A stretch of 63,941 bases of DNA, the filler included, from Octopus bimaculoides (lineage: Eukaryota): assembly GCF_001194135.2 (NCBI RefSeq). It is 5 parts of 5 records of this genome, joined end to end, with 100 filler letters (N's around TTAATTAATTAA, not from the genome) between each part and the next. Parts side by side here need not be neighbours in the genome. Positions count along the whole stretch, not along the records: positions 1 to 12,721 come from NC_068992.1; positions 12,822 to 29,103 come from NC_068999.1; 3 more parts are not named here. One strand, given 5' to 3'. Both the position numbers and the translations under genes were made by a program. Shown here piece by piece: positions 1-13,107 of the stretch; position 1 is the stretch's first letter; each line of letters opens with the position of its first letter. The notes beneath the pieces were generated by a model. It saw only the letters and a list, made by a program, of their open reading frames with translations, searched no databases and was not told the origin of the DNA.

Positions 1-1031
1 TATATATATATATATATTCGATGTGCCAGAATCGAAAGAAGTGATTTGAAGAATTACATATAATACTATTGTCGTTTAAGGGATGTGTAGTAGTTACGTA
101 TTAACTGAAGGTGTGTGAAGCATAATACGAATAACATAGATATTCTCACTGTTTAAGAAGGTTCTAGATGATAAAGGAACTGAAGGGGAGATGGGAGAAT
201 TAATAAGATATTCTCCCATTTTTTTTCTTCTTTTAAGACAACTAGATAGTGCCGTGTGTATGTTCGGCTACCTACATGTCAGCTGCTATTTTGTTTTTCG
301 GAAGAAGCACAAACAATGAGCAATGTACGAAGATTAAGAGTAGGAGTAGGAGGAGGGGAAAAGGTAGTAGTTTAATTTCCTTTGGAGGATGCGTATCTAG
401 CGTGGTTTGCACAAGGACTTACCTGAATGCTCTAAAAGTTTCAGACAATCACAATGAAGGCAGAATCAGAAAAAATAGAGAAGAATAGAGACGGACGGAA
501 AAAAGAAAGATTGAGAGAGAGGGGGCAGAATAGAAACACAAATAGGACAAAAGAGTTGAACTGATCGTTCTGAGAGAGGAACTGGTTAAGTCAAGCAAAC
601 ACAACATAACACAGATTCAATATTAAACATAGTTACATTTAATTACAACATAACAAAATAATAAAAATGATAATAATACATGCATATTAAAAATTGAACA
701 AAAAACACCATTAACAATAATGGACGATAACACATACTAAAGTATTTTAAGTGAAACAATAAATTTCTAGGAAACTAGTGACCATCTGCTGCGGCAAATG
801 GCAAGTCCAATAAGTTTGCTTCCGCTTAGAAAAATAATTTAGTCATTCCTTGAATACAAACGACACACACGCGCGCTTAGGTAAGCACCTGATTATTGTG
901 TAAGAAACCAACAATTCAAAACTTGTTTATAAATACACAGTATACAGTGCTTAGTCAATTTGTTCTTACAGAATGCAAATGGCTTCGGCTATTAAAAGTA
1001 CTCTTCAGAGAAATGTGTGATTTATGCGCCC

Positions 1032-1071
<40 letters not shown>

Positions 1072-1289
1072 TATATAATGTGTGTGTTTGCCTATACTCT
1101 AGAGTTACAGTAAATACAAAAGCAAATGAAAAAGTCTTACAAAAACTGAACAAAATACCTCTCTCTGTAAAAAACTAATCCCAGTGGTATATGGAATACC
1201 ACAAAGCTCTAATGACTACCAATTTACTGTCTATAAATAATGTAGTAACAAATTTAGTACTGATAGAAATTTATCTGAAGCTGTCTGAA

Positions 1290-1500
1290 TAATCGGTTTC
1301 AAATTCTGGCACAAGGCCAGTAACTTTTAGGGGACGAATGTTTGATAATTACATCGACCCCCAGTACTTAACTGGTATTTCTTTATTTTATTGATTTTAT
1401 CGATATCGAAAGGTGTATAGGAGAAAAGTCATACTCGGTGGTATTTGAAGCTAGAACGTAAAGAGCCGGAAGAAATACTGTTAAGCATCTTGTCCAACTC
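1290..1500 (-). mobile_element. tRNA-derived SINE, family 1
   Basis: Matches the family consensus GGCGAGCTGGCAGAA..TTAG (A-box-like), GAGTTCAAATTCC (B-box-like), CTTTCATCCTTTCGGGGTCGATAAAATAAGTACC (central domain, Meta/MESC-like from memory). Confidence 0.75.
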
Positions 1501-2593
1501 GCTTATGATTTTGTAAAAAAAAAAACAAAAACAAAAGAAAAAACATAAATTTACCCTTTCGGAGAAAAAACAAACAAACAAAAATGATGGAAATAAACTT
1601 AACGATAAGTCATCTCGCTGATATGACAAACTAGCTAACTGATATCGAGATGTACTTGCATAGCAAATGTTTTGATTTGAGATCAAACTGATGAAATTGT
1701 GCTGCATACGTGATGCAGCGTAATTTTGTTTTTTTTGCCAATGAACAGATCGCAATTTCGAGCGACGAAAATTTTGACACCATATTCTAAATCAATGCTT
1801 GATTCTGTATTTAGCCCTGTGTGGCTATAATAAAAAGATATCTTTGTTTCTTTCTAATTGGTATGAAAAACTCCTTTGTTTGTCTGTCTCTCCGTCTGTC
1901 TGTCAGTTTGTTTCTCTCACCCCCTTTCTCCCTCTCTCTCCCTTTCCCTACTCCAACTCCCTGAAATGCTCATCAAATCTTATAAGTTGCTCTAGTTATT
2001 TTCCTTATGAAATTATATTCATAAGTCGTATTATTAATCGAAGTGTAATGCTTGGAATAAATCTAAATTTTCTTGAGATGCTGAACAGGAAGACACGATT
2101 CTCATTTCTCCTTCTAAATCTGTATCACAATATTACATTTTCCGTTCTGAATAAATGGTAATAACAAAATGTCGGCCAGCTTATAGCATCCATAATGACT
2201 ATAAAAGTTCTCATGTACTAATGAAACAGATTTATGTTTCCTCAGTACAACATTGGACCCTGTTTTTCGATTTCCTCAAATATTAAATAAATTATCAGAC
2301 CATTGATGTATTCGTATGGTTTATTACGAATCACCACGAACTTTAATTCAAACCGGATGACATGTTGCCACTGGTTTTATTACGATTGGTTGAATTAGAG
2401 ATATTCAATATCACATCGAGCCAATAACTTTCCCATATTCTAGCATGAAAAAAAAGCTAATATCTTCGTTTATTTTTTATGACGTCTTACTTTAAAAATC
2501 TGAGTAAAAGAAGTGAAGTGATACATTTAAAAATATAGAAACAAAATACAGGAAGACCTGAAGAATATCAACATAAATTATCGTTAAGAAGAA

Positions 2594-2631
<38 letters not shown>

Positions 2632-2771
2632 CAAGCGACATGGTGCTAATAATGATAATAATAATAATAATAATAATTATTATTATTATTAGTATTAGTA
2701 TAATAATAATAATAATAATAATAATTATTATTATTATTATTATAATACTACTACTACTACTAATAATAATA

Positions 2772-3203
2772 ATAATTAAGGCCAATAGACCAGATATAGT
2801 TGTCAAAGATCATGAAGGAAAAAAAATGCTTTCTAACTGAAGTATCAATACCAGCAGGTGACAACGTTTCCCTAAAAGAAATGGAGAAACTTTCAAAATA
2901 CAAAGTCCTGGAAATAGAGGTAACTCGAATGTGGAATCTAAAAACAAACAATTCCTATCATAGTAGGTGCCTTAGGTATAATAAAAAAAATATTCAGACA
3001 AATACATAACAAAAACACCAGGACTTACAAATATATATAACATACAGAAAATTGCACTACTGGATACTGCACACATCCTACGCAAAACACTTTCAATACA
3101 GTAACCATAAGAGCGTCACAGCAAACCGCAGCACATACCCAAGGCACACAGAGCTGCGCTCGGTAGTGAAGTGAAAGCACGTTATAAAAATAAAACCACT
3201 GAA
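2772..3203 (+). mobile_element. 5'-truncated R4/Dong-like non-LTR retrotransposon 3' end (restriction-like endonuclease domain)
   Basis: With frameshifts it reads KANRPDIVVKD..CFLTEVSIPAGDNVSLKEMEKLSKYKVLEIEVTRMWNLKT-IPIIVGALG..IQKIALLDTAHILRKTLSIQ*; flanked by (TAA)n on both sides. Confidence 0.85.
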
Positions 3204-3224
3204 TAATAATAATAATAATAATAG

Positions 3225-3700
3225 GCCTGAAATGTTCTAAGTGGAGACTAGTCAATTACATCAACCCAAGTACTGAACTGATGCTTATTTTATCGACCCC
3301 GAAAGGGATGGAAGGAAAAATCGACCTCCGCGGAATTTGAACCCAGAACGTAAAGAGCCGGAAGAAATACTGCTAAGCATTTCGTTCAGTGCTGTAGCAA
3401 TTCTGCTAGCTCGACATCTTTCTGTCTCGAATTCTGGCACAAGGCCAGTAATATTGGAAGGGCTGGGGAACAAATCAATTTCATCGACACCAGTACTTAA
3501 CTGGTACTTTATTTTATCGGCCCTGAAGCGATCAAAGGCAAAACCAACCTCAGCAGGATTTGAACCTGAAGATTTTGCCGCTTAGCATTGCTGTATTCTG
3601 TACTACCGAACCGCGAAGTATTAGGGATGTAAACAAACTAACACTAACTCCATTTTCTTTTTTGCCCGGCGTGTTAACGATTCTGCTAGCTCGCCACCCT
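3225..3700 (-). mobile_element. Three tandem family-1 SINE copies or fragments
   Basis: Repeated TACTTATTTTATCGACCCCGAAAGG / GGAATTTGAACCCAGAACG / TTCTGCTAGCTCGCC blocks. Confidence 0.8.
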
Positions 3701-5689
3701 AATCATAACAACAATAATAACAGCAGCAGCAGTAGTAGTAGTAGTAGCAGTAGTAATAGTTATAAGTAGTAGTAGCAGCAGTAGCTGTAGTAGTCGCAGT
3801 AGTCGTAGAAGTTGTAGTAGTTGTTGCTGTTTGAAGGTGGTTTACTGTTAAGAAATCCAATTTATTGTCAACTACGCATCGGAGCATATCTTTACGATTT
3901 GCAATTTTCTGATATTTTGAAAAGCAGACATTTACAAAAAGAAAAAAGAAAAAAAGATTTATGAGTCTCTTTCTGAAAGAAAAGCCGTCTCAAGAATCAT
4001 GTTTACTGCGGAGTCTCTATAGAATGTCGAAAGATTTCCACTTCAGTGTATCTGTGCGTGTGTGTATGTTTGTGTGTGTGTGTGTACTTACGTTTATTAT
4101 TTTGTTTTTGCTAGTTATCTTTAAAATGATATTGTTATTTAATTAAATTTTATGCAAACTTCATGCCATTCTCTAAAGCAATTTGTGTGAAGCCAAACAA
4201 AAGACTGCAACGTAATTTATCACGAATAGTTTAGTTACAAGGCTCCAGAAATAAACGCAATGATAAAAAACACGCAATACGTAAATATTGTTAGTAATAA
4301 AACGTTAATACACCATAGAACAAATGATTAAATTCGTTTAAAGGTATCCATTTAGATACGATCTACAATGATTCTCTGAATGAATACGAAAACTGCCACA
4401 ATTTCAACCTGGATGGGTCTCATCAGGTTTGCGATAGCCAAGATTAAGTTTCATGTACTTTACGCAGATCGTATATCATCTGATTAGAAATGCTTTCAGC
4501 CTGGTTTAAATCATTATCAGGATGTTAGCGTTCTTAGTATCTTCGTGATCAAGTTACTGTTTAAGTGAAATATTAGGTTGACCAATCGACTACATCCAAT
4601 GGTGTAGAAGTGGAGTAATAGATAAGGGGAAGTAATCTCGTAATACTTTATTCAGTACCTGCCTGCCTGCTTTCCTACCTACCTACCTACACAGACAGAC
4701 AGACAGACACACGCACACACACACATGCACGCACGCACATACACACATATTGTACTATTCCGTGAAGATCAACAAAAAAGGTGTTCCAGCTGGTGAGAGA
4801 TAAATATTATTTAATAAACACAGTATGTACTTTTATGAACTAACTGTTTCATGCGACGAAAACAGTTCAGCAGTATTCTATAACACGTGAGGTGTGTGAG
4901 CAGTTCTCATCGCATGAAACTGTTTGTAGCACATAAAAATATATACTGCGTTTATAAATAATATATATAAACGCGAATTTGCTAGAAATGCAGTGAACGA
5001 AGCGGGAATGTTTTCCAAAATGGAGACGAACATATTTCTCCATGTGATTGGCTTGAAAAATTGTTAAGACACTAGGATATTTTCCTACTTTTCTTAACAT
5101 GACACCAAATGGTAGCCTCAGTTCACAAATACAGAATATACATACATACATACATATATATATANNNNNNNNNNNNNNNNNNNNNNNNNNNNNNNNNNNN
5201 NNNNNNNNNNNNNNNNNNNNNNNNNNNNNNNNNNNNNNNNNNNNNNNNNNNNNNNNNNNNNNNNNNNNNNNNNNNNTATGTTAGCCGATCAGTTTCTCTT
5301 TCTGAAAATCCTAGTTTATCCACATTCTTCTTTAATCATTTACTAACAAAACCTAGTGCTCCAATTATTATTGGTATGAATATGAATACATAGTCTGGAT
5401 ATAGAAACTAGAAGTTTCGTAGTAATTATCCACAGATATCCTCTTTTCATTTGATTTTCAAAGAGATAATTATATCTGCAGGGCAGCTGACCTCTGTGAC
5501 GATACATACCTTTGTCTTGTATGTATGTATATATGTATGTATGTGTATGTATGTATGTATGTATGTATGTATGTATGTATGTATGTATGTATGTATGCAT
5601 GCATGTGTTATAGACTCTTGTCGTTCGACAACGGAGGAGGCCTCAGCAATTTCTTGTTCAACAGTCACACACATGTTTTCTTTTTATAA

Positions 5690-5878
5690 TGATCCAGTGT
5701 CTTTGTTGACATTAGCTCATTCCTTCCATCAAATCGACATTACCTGTACAGGTACACAAGTATGCCGCATGTCAGTTGCCGAAATGAAGTGTTCTGCTCA
5801 AGAGCACAACGCCCTGCCTGGCCCAACAATCGAACGCATGCGAGTACAACACCTTAACCACTAGGCCCCACGCCTTCA
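5690..5878 (-). mobile_element. tRNA-derived SINE, family 2
   Basis: Minus strand GAAGGCGTGGGGCCTAGTGGTTAAGG..GCGTTGTGCTCTTGAGCAGAACACTT; similar to 7213-7510. Confidence 0.7.
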
Positions 5879-6449
5879 CACACACACAAACACACACACA
5901 CACACACACATACACACAAACACACACATACACACTACACACCTCTGTGTGTGTGTATGTGTGTATGAGTTTGTGTATGTATATACTCTCTTTTGGAACG
6001 GTGAATCTCTCGAAGCAAATGAAGCTATAAATAATACTGAGTAAATATTGGGTTTAAAATAACTTTGGACAGAAAATGTCGAAGGCTGCCGATAGGATTG
6101 AACCTACACCTCCTGTAACCATGACAGATATTCTATCATTATGAACAGTCCTACTCTAAGCGTGTACTGGTAGATTGGAGAGCAACAGCTGGGTGAGGGC
6201 TTGCGTACTTGGAGGTCAGGATGATCCCGGGTGATTTTCGGGTTCCTCGATTGATCTGTTGGGGGTTCTCCTGTATCACATATTTCGTATTCCACGCATG
6301 CGTTTATCTCATTTCCCCCTTCCCTACCCTTTCACCCCCGCCCCGTTTTATGTATTCCCCCACACAAATTGCAAGCTGTCATAATGTCCTTTCTCATCTG
6401 AAGCCTCTGTTGCAAATAAATTCTCCTCTTCCTCCTCCTTCTCCCCATT

Positions 6450-6817
6450 ATCATCATCATCATCATCATTATTATCATCATCATTAGCAACAACACAGGC
6501 AGTAGTAGTAGTAGTCGTAGTAGTAGTAATTCTAACCAATAAAGTTTCTTTTTTCAATCAATCACTTTTTTTTATTTAACTTATTTTTAACCCATTATTT
6601 TTAATCATCATCAATCATTCATTTATCATCGTCGTCGTCATCATCATTATCATCATCCTCATCATCATCATTATCATCATCCTCATCATCATCATCACTA
6701 TCATCATCATCATCATCATCGTCATCATCATCATCATCATCATCATTATCATCATCGTCATCATCATCATCATCATCATCGTCATCATCATCATCGTCGT
6801 CGTCGTCGTCGTCGTCG

Positions 6818-6851
<34 letters not shown>

Positions 6852-6905
6852 TAGGAGCAGCAGCAGTACCACCGTCACCGTCACCGTCATCGTCATCGTC
6901 ATCAA
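6450..6905. repeat. Compound (CAT/CGT)n microsatellite
   Basis: Seen directly. Representative of many others, e.g. (TAA)n 2640-2777, (TATC)n 19168-19250, 57500-57685, 59355-59535, (CA)n and (TA)n throughout. Confidence 0.95.
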
Positions 6906-7212
6906 TTATAAAACGCCGTCAACAATCCGTTGCCTGGCTAAGCGACATCAGCTGCATACACTGATACTAACTGTTATAGCCTCACAAGGCTACCGATGAT
7001 CAATAATCGCATCTGCTATGTACTACTAACTCATTATAACTACATACATAGTCACAGTTTCACTCTCTACTACTACTACTACTACTGCTACATAATATTA
7101 TATCTACATATATGGCCGGTATTAGGCTCTTTTATATACTATTGGTTATATAACGTGTGCTGAGCATTTGGCTGTTTTGTACTACCAACTATTAGCATAA
7201 CTGACTCTATAG

Positions 7213-7510
7213 GTGAAGGTGTGTGGCTCAGTGGTTAGGGGAGTTCGCTTCACGATCGTAGGGATGTGAGTTCGATTCCCGGCGGCGCGTTGTGTCCTTG
7301 AGCAAGACACTTTATTTCAAGTGGCTCCAGGCTATTCGACTGGCAATAATGAGTTGTACCTGTAACTGAAAGGGTCGACCTTGTCACATTTTGTGTCACG
7401 CTGAATCTCCCTGAGAACTACGTTAAGTGTACGCGTGTCTGTGGAATGCTCAGCCACTTGCAGGTTGACTGCAGAAGCAGACTGTTCCCGTTGATAGGAC
7501 TTGTGCCTGC
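7213..7510 (+). mobile_element. tRNA-derived SINE, family 2 (near full length)
   Basis: TGGCTCAGTGG A-box, GTTCGATTCCC B-box, TTGTGTCCTTGAGCAAGACACTT core; tail shared with 45985-46118 (-) and head with 33490-33625 (+). Confidence 0.8.
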
Positions 7511-7639
7511 AGACTCTCCCGAGATAGAACAGGAAAAAGAATTATTTAATATATTATTTACTACTAACGATATTATGTAACTTCGTTTTAGTTTATGGTT
7601 TCGAAGATTCTATATGTGAATTCATGTGTCGAAACATTT

Positions 7640-7890
7640 CTACTATAGGCACAAGGCCTGAAATTTGATGAGAGGAGGGTAATCAATCATATCGATCCCA
7701 GTACTGGACTGGTACTNNNNNNNNNNAGGGTAATCAATCATATCGATCCCAGTACTGGACTGGTACTTAATTTATCGACTCCGAAAGGATGAAAGGCACG
7801 GTCGACCTCGGCGGAATTTGAACCCAGAACGTAAAGAAAGACGAAATACGGCTAAGCATTTCACCCGGCATGATAACGATTCTGCCAGTT
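7640..7890 (-). mobile_element. Family-1 SINE (with a 41-bp assembly overlap around a 10-N gap)
   Basis: Family consensus blocks present. Confidence 0.8.
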
Positions 7891-8507
7891 CCAATATTAA
7901 AAACACACGCACTGGTTCAATTTCTACTCCTTTACTATTAGTCAGTTGGTTAGATATACAAATAACTAGTTGATCGTTTGTTTAACTTGCCTATCTATTT
8001 CTCCGTAGATTGCATAAAATAAAGAAAAGAAAAAAAACGAAGAAAAGCCTCTCGACCCGCATCAGGGTCTCATCGGGGAAGCAAATAACTACTCTCTTTA
8101 TATACACATCAAATCTAGCAGCCTCAGAGAAGTGGGGTTGCCAATTTGCATATAAGAAGCCTTATATATATGTATATATTTATATATATAATGTAATGTT
8201 CTGCGATAGAAAATCCAACAAAAAAAGTACACACACACACACACACACATGCATACATACATACATACATACATACATACATACATACATGCATATAGAC
8301 TTTTTCTCCTCTTTCCTTTTCTTTTTCCTTTGTGATGTAATCTTGGGACTGAAAATGTTTGCAGCTGAAGATAGCTTTAAACCATTATTTATATCAACAA
8401 TATATACTGATGTAATGACAGATTGTGTATAAAGCTTGAAACACGTGTACCACGTCATCCTTTGTGTTCTGTTTTCAATTACGTTTAATATACATGCATA
8501 TATATAT

Positions 8508-8598
<91 letters not shown>

Positions 8599-9495
8599 GA
8601 TAAATTAAGAAATGGAGGTGTTATTCAAATAATTTTTTCCTTATTATGCGTACACATTGAAAAAATATACATACATACATATATATATGTATATGTGTGT
8701 GTATAAAGAGAGAGAGAGAGAAACAAATATTGGTTTATCAAATACCATACGACAAAACCTCATTTACTGATATTATCTCCGCCTCCAGAGGATGTATCAA
8801 AATAACCAGTTCCACCCGAGGAGAGATAATCTCGAGAGTCAAGGACTCTCCAAAACTGACACGCCATTCAAGAAATGTGTAGGCTCTTGTCGGAGTCGTA
8901 GACAAGCCTTTCTGACTCAATAGCCTTTTGCTCAGTACTGCAATGGTCCGACCTTATTTCCAGTAGCTAAACGGATTAGACTTATACAAAACAGAGCGGA
9001 AAACAGTTATGGCCTGGGCAATTTGCATAATTTGAACAAAAATGAGCTCAGAGAAATAACTCGACATGGCCAGTGGCATGTCTTTGTATAGCATAGATAA
9101 ATATCGATATGTTAAATATCACACAGCAAAATTTTTGGTTTATTAAAATTATGTCCGCTTCTAGAAGATGCATCATAATTACCATGTGACAGTTAATACC
9201 AGTTCCGTTGAACTATTGTTTCCTGTTTTCAAAACAGAAAACAAACTTTGTCTTACGTCATGATCTATATAGCTGTAAGTACATAACATCGTCCAGCAGA
9301 GAGAGAGAGAGAGAGAGAGTTATCTTACATCTAACGAACGTTTAGTGTTAACACACAATATAATCTTTAAAGATATGGAGTTGTGCCTGGAGCTTCTTTA
9401 TACACTTTAATACACTCTTCGTGTAATACTTGAAATTGTTCCAGTCATCAAGATTTCAGCAGTATATGCAACCATTAAAAATTTCAAGTGAGCGA

Positions 9496-9865
9496 CATAC
9501 TCAGTGACGTGTCATACTCAATGATGAGTGATACTCAGTGATATTAAAAACTCAATGCTATAACTTACTGAAGGGCATAAAGGACTCACTTGCATGAAAG
9601 ACTCAGTTGTATGAGAAAAAAACAAATAGTATTGAAGACTCACTGATATTAATGACTCAGTAGTATGAGAATCTCACCGATATGAAGAAAGCATTTAACT
9701 GTTTGACAGACTCGACCATATGAATGATTTAACAATATAATAGTCAAATATACACGAATTAATACGATTTATACTAGTATGAAAGACTCATTAATGTGAA
9801 TAGTAAGAAAGACATATTAATACACGTGATTCATTGATATCAAAATCTCTGTGGTATGAAGCGCT
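9496..9865. repeat. Degenerate minisatellite, unit of about 16-20 bp (GACTCAGTRRTATGAA-like)
   Basis: Recurrent actcagtga / actcaatg / gactcagtag / tatgaa motifs. Confidence 0.6.
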
Positions 9866-10549
9866 AGAAATCTACAATGGTAAAAATAAGCTTTATTTAT
9901 TCTCTCCCTTATCTCGCTCTTATTTCCTATCCTGTATCTGTTTTGTTCTTTTTTTTTTTCCAATCTGGATCTCATCAATTTCCAAGATGGCTGAAAGGAT
10001 CTTCCTTCATTAATGATTTGGTATCTCCCAGTCAGCTCCGTGGTAGAGGAAAGATGATATTCGTTGTGGATTAGAAGAAGGAAAACTGCACTTTTATGTC
10101 ATCTTTTCTACAGAAATATCTGAAATCGCTATGTTATAATATCTGGATGTTCAGCTAATTTAATTAGACCGCAAGTGATGTGTAATTAAAAATAGGAAAT
10201 TGGGAGAGGATTTGAAATATAATACATATACATGTGTGATTCAGATTATTTTTAACTTGATGACAGGTGTACGATCGGAAATCTGAGGAAAACACAAGAG
10301 GTAATAGTTTGCAGCGAATAATGTGGAAATCAAGTTAAGTTAGAAACCAATTATAGAGGACCACAGAGAAAATATATTCCTCTTTCTGTGTGTTCGTTCC
10401 AAAAGGGAGATAAGTTCAACATTTGTCTTCTTTGGTTGCCATATAGCAATTAGGATTTACCCATTGAAAACATATATTCGCTACTTACTGTGTGTCATAA
10501 AAGGTTATAGTACACCAGTAACTGATAGTTCCATAGTGTTATTGAAAAT

Positions 10550-11062
10550 GATTTCAAATTTTGGCACAAAGCCAGCAATTTCGAGGGGGAGATGGTAATC
10601 GATTACATTGACCCAGTTCTCAACCGGTACTTATTTTATCGCCCCCGAAAGGACGAAAAGCAAAGTCGATGAAACCAAACAAAATGCCGCTATGCATTTC
10701 ACCCGATGTGCTAACGAGTCTGCCAGCTCGCCGCCCTATTGATCCTGATAATACATAGTTATTGCAAATATATATCCTAACTTCCGTAAGTTAGAAACCC
10801 TTAAATAAGTAGTATTACCCCAGCTATAATTAGAACCACAATGAAGGCGGAGAGCTGGCAGAAACGTTAGCACGCCGGGCGAAATGCTCAGCAGTATTTC
10901 GTCTGCTGCTACGTTCTGAGTTCAAATTCCGCCGAGTCGACTTTGCCTTTTATCCTTTCGGGGTCGATTAAACAAGTACCAGTTACGCACTGGGGTCGAA
11001 ATAATCGACTTAATCCGTTTGTCTCCTCTATGTTTAGCCCCCCGTGGGCAGTAAAGAGATAA
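10550..11062. mobile_element. Head-to-head inverted pair of family-1 SINEs (10550-10735 minus; 10846-11062 plus)
   Basis: TCTGCCAGCTCGCCGCC, then a spacer of about 110 bp, then GGCGGAGAGCTGGCAGA. Confidence 0.85.
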
Positions 11063-11864
11063 GGGCAATCACACAATATCAATGGATGGTATAATCCAAG
11101 GAACAAAACTACCATAGGCGAAGAAAACAAGAACCCTTTAACAAGTTCAACCTTACGAGAATGAAAGACAACTTAAAGTAACGAGAACACAAAATTCAAA
11201 AACATCCACAGACAACAAGCACATCCAACATATGCTTCCGTCATCGGCTGCCTAAAGGATATCATTATGGTTTCGACACCTGGGCGGCACCATTCAATTC
11301 AGTGATGCCAGCGTTAAAAAAACATAAATAAACACTGCCTTGGAATAAATAGACAAGAAGCAGGAGCCAAACATTAGTGTAATACGCCCATTACGTCTAC
11401 ACCTGCTAATTATTATAAACACGAATATCAAATCTCAAACTTAACTTGTTTCATACCTATATCTACGAAGCACAGAAATTAAAAATACTACATATTAAAC
11501 AGAACTATCTTGAAGACAGGCAAGTTAGTATATCTCACACACTAACTAGTGTTTACCTGTTGAAAACGTGGTTTTTGCCAGTGTGTGAAACACCAGATTA
11601 TGTTACATCTGTAATTAATTAATTGTTAAAGAGTATTATTGATATTGATAATAATATATATTTGTTACAAATATACAACTGAAAAATCTCATTTAATTTT
11701 ATGTTAATTTAATATATCTCTTATGAAAATTAGTATCCATTTCCTCATTTCATTTTTATTTATTCGCCATGGAATTTGGAAAAAGAAGAAGAATCATATA
11801 AACTGAATTTATGTAACATTACGCCTTGTTAATACAACGGCAAAAGTATGTCCGAAATATTGGG

Positions 11865-12721
11865 CTCAAATTTTGGCAGAAGGCCAGCAGTTCAGGGGAA
11901 GGGGCTTAGTCGATTACATCGATTCCAGTGTTCAACTGGTACTTATTTTATCGATCTCGAAGGGTGAAAGGTAAAGTCGAGTAAGGACGGATCAAATGCC
12001 GCTAAGTATTTTGCCCAGCGTTCTATCGATTCTGCCAGCTCACTGCCTTAGTATATCCGAAATACTGGGATCAAATTTTGGCATAAGATTGGCAATTTCG
12101 AGTCGATTACATTGACCCTAATGTTCAACTAGTTTTTTTATTGACCCTGAAAAGGAGGAAAGTCAAAGCCGAACTCAGCAGAATTCGAACCCAGAACGTA
12201 AAGACGGACGAAATGCCGTTAAGCATTTTACTAGGCCCGTTAACAGCTCTACCAGCTCACCACTTTCTACTAAATGTCAATATGGGTTTCGAATAGGACG
12301 GCGAGCTGGCAGAAACGTTAGCACACCGGGCGAAATGCCTAACAGTATTTCGTTCGCTGTTACGGTCTGAATTCAAATTCCGTTGAGGTCGACTTTGCTT
12401 TTCATCCTTTCGGCGTCGATAAAATAAGTACCAGTTACGCACTGGAGTCGATGTAATCGACTTAATCCCTCTGTTCTTGTTTGTCCCCTCTATGTTTATC
12501 CCCCCTGTGGGCAATAAAAAGATAGTAGTTTCGAATTTTGACACAAGGCCAGCAAGTTCGCAGGAGGGGGCTTGTCGATTACATCTACCCCAGTATTCAA
12601 CTGGTACTTATTTTATCGATCCCTGAATGGATGAAAGACAAAATTGACTTCGGTGGAATTTGAACTCAGAACGTAAAAATGGACGAAATGCCGTGCTAAA
12701 CATTTTGGCCGGCGTGTTAAC
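11865..12721. mobile_element. Cluster of four family-1 SINEs (-, -, +, -)
   Basis: Copies at about 11865-12050, 12065-12262, 12296-12522 and 12528-12721. Confidence 0.85.
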
Positions 12722-12821
12722 NNNNNNNNNNNNNNNNNNNNNNNNNNNNNNNNNNNNNNNNNNNNTTAATTAATTAANNNNNNNNNNNNNNNNNNNNNNN
12801 NNNNNNNNNNNNNNNNNNNNN
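12722..12821. other. Artificial scaffold linker N44-TTAATTAATTAA-N44 (also 29104-29203, 41741-41840, 57371-57470)
   Basis: Identical 12-mer (stop codons in all six frames) centred in a 100-bp gap, four times. Confidence 0.9.
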
Positions 12822-13054
12822 AGCAGCAACAGTAGTAGTGGTAGAGGTAGAAGTCGTAGTGGTAGTAGAAGAAGCAGCAGCAGCAGCAGTAGTAGCAGCA
12901 ACAGTAGTAGTGGTAGAGGTAGAAGCCGTAGTGGTAGTGGTAGAGTAGTAGTAGCAACAGCAGTAGCAGCAACAGTAGTAGTGGTAGAGGTAGAAGTCGT
13001 AGTGGTAGTAGAAGAAGCAGCAGCAGCAGTAGTAGTAGTAGTAGTAGTAGTAGT

Positions 13055-13107
<53 letters not shown>

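Noticed and set aside
7213-7295. tRNA-like sequences with A/B boxes (also about 6085-6150, 45105-45175, 56895-56970)
   Set aside because: No complete cloverleaf and they run on into SINE bodies; these are SINE heads, not tRNA genes.
7676-7767. 41-bp direct repeat around a 10-N gap (also 43 bp at 24404-24499)
   Set aside because: Typical negative-gap overlap duplication from assembly.
10267-10300. Possible 34-bp plus-strand micro-exon (cag|GTGTACG..AGAG|gtaata)
   Set aside because: No recognisable peptide or partner exons; such flanks are common by chance.
12766-12777. TTAATTAATTAA as a recurring biological motif or CRISPR-like repeat
   Set aside because: Always centred in exactly 44+44 N; it is an assembly linker.
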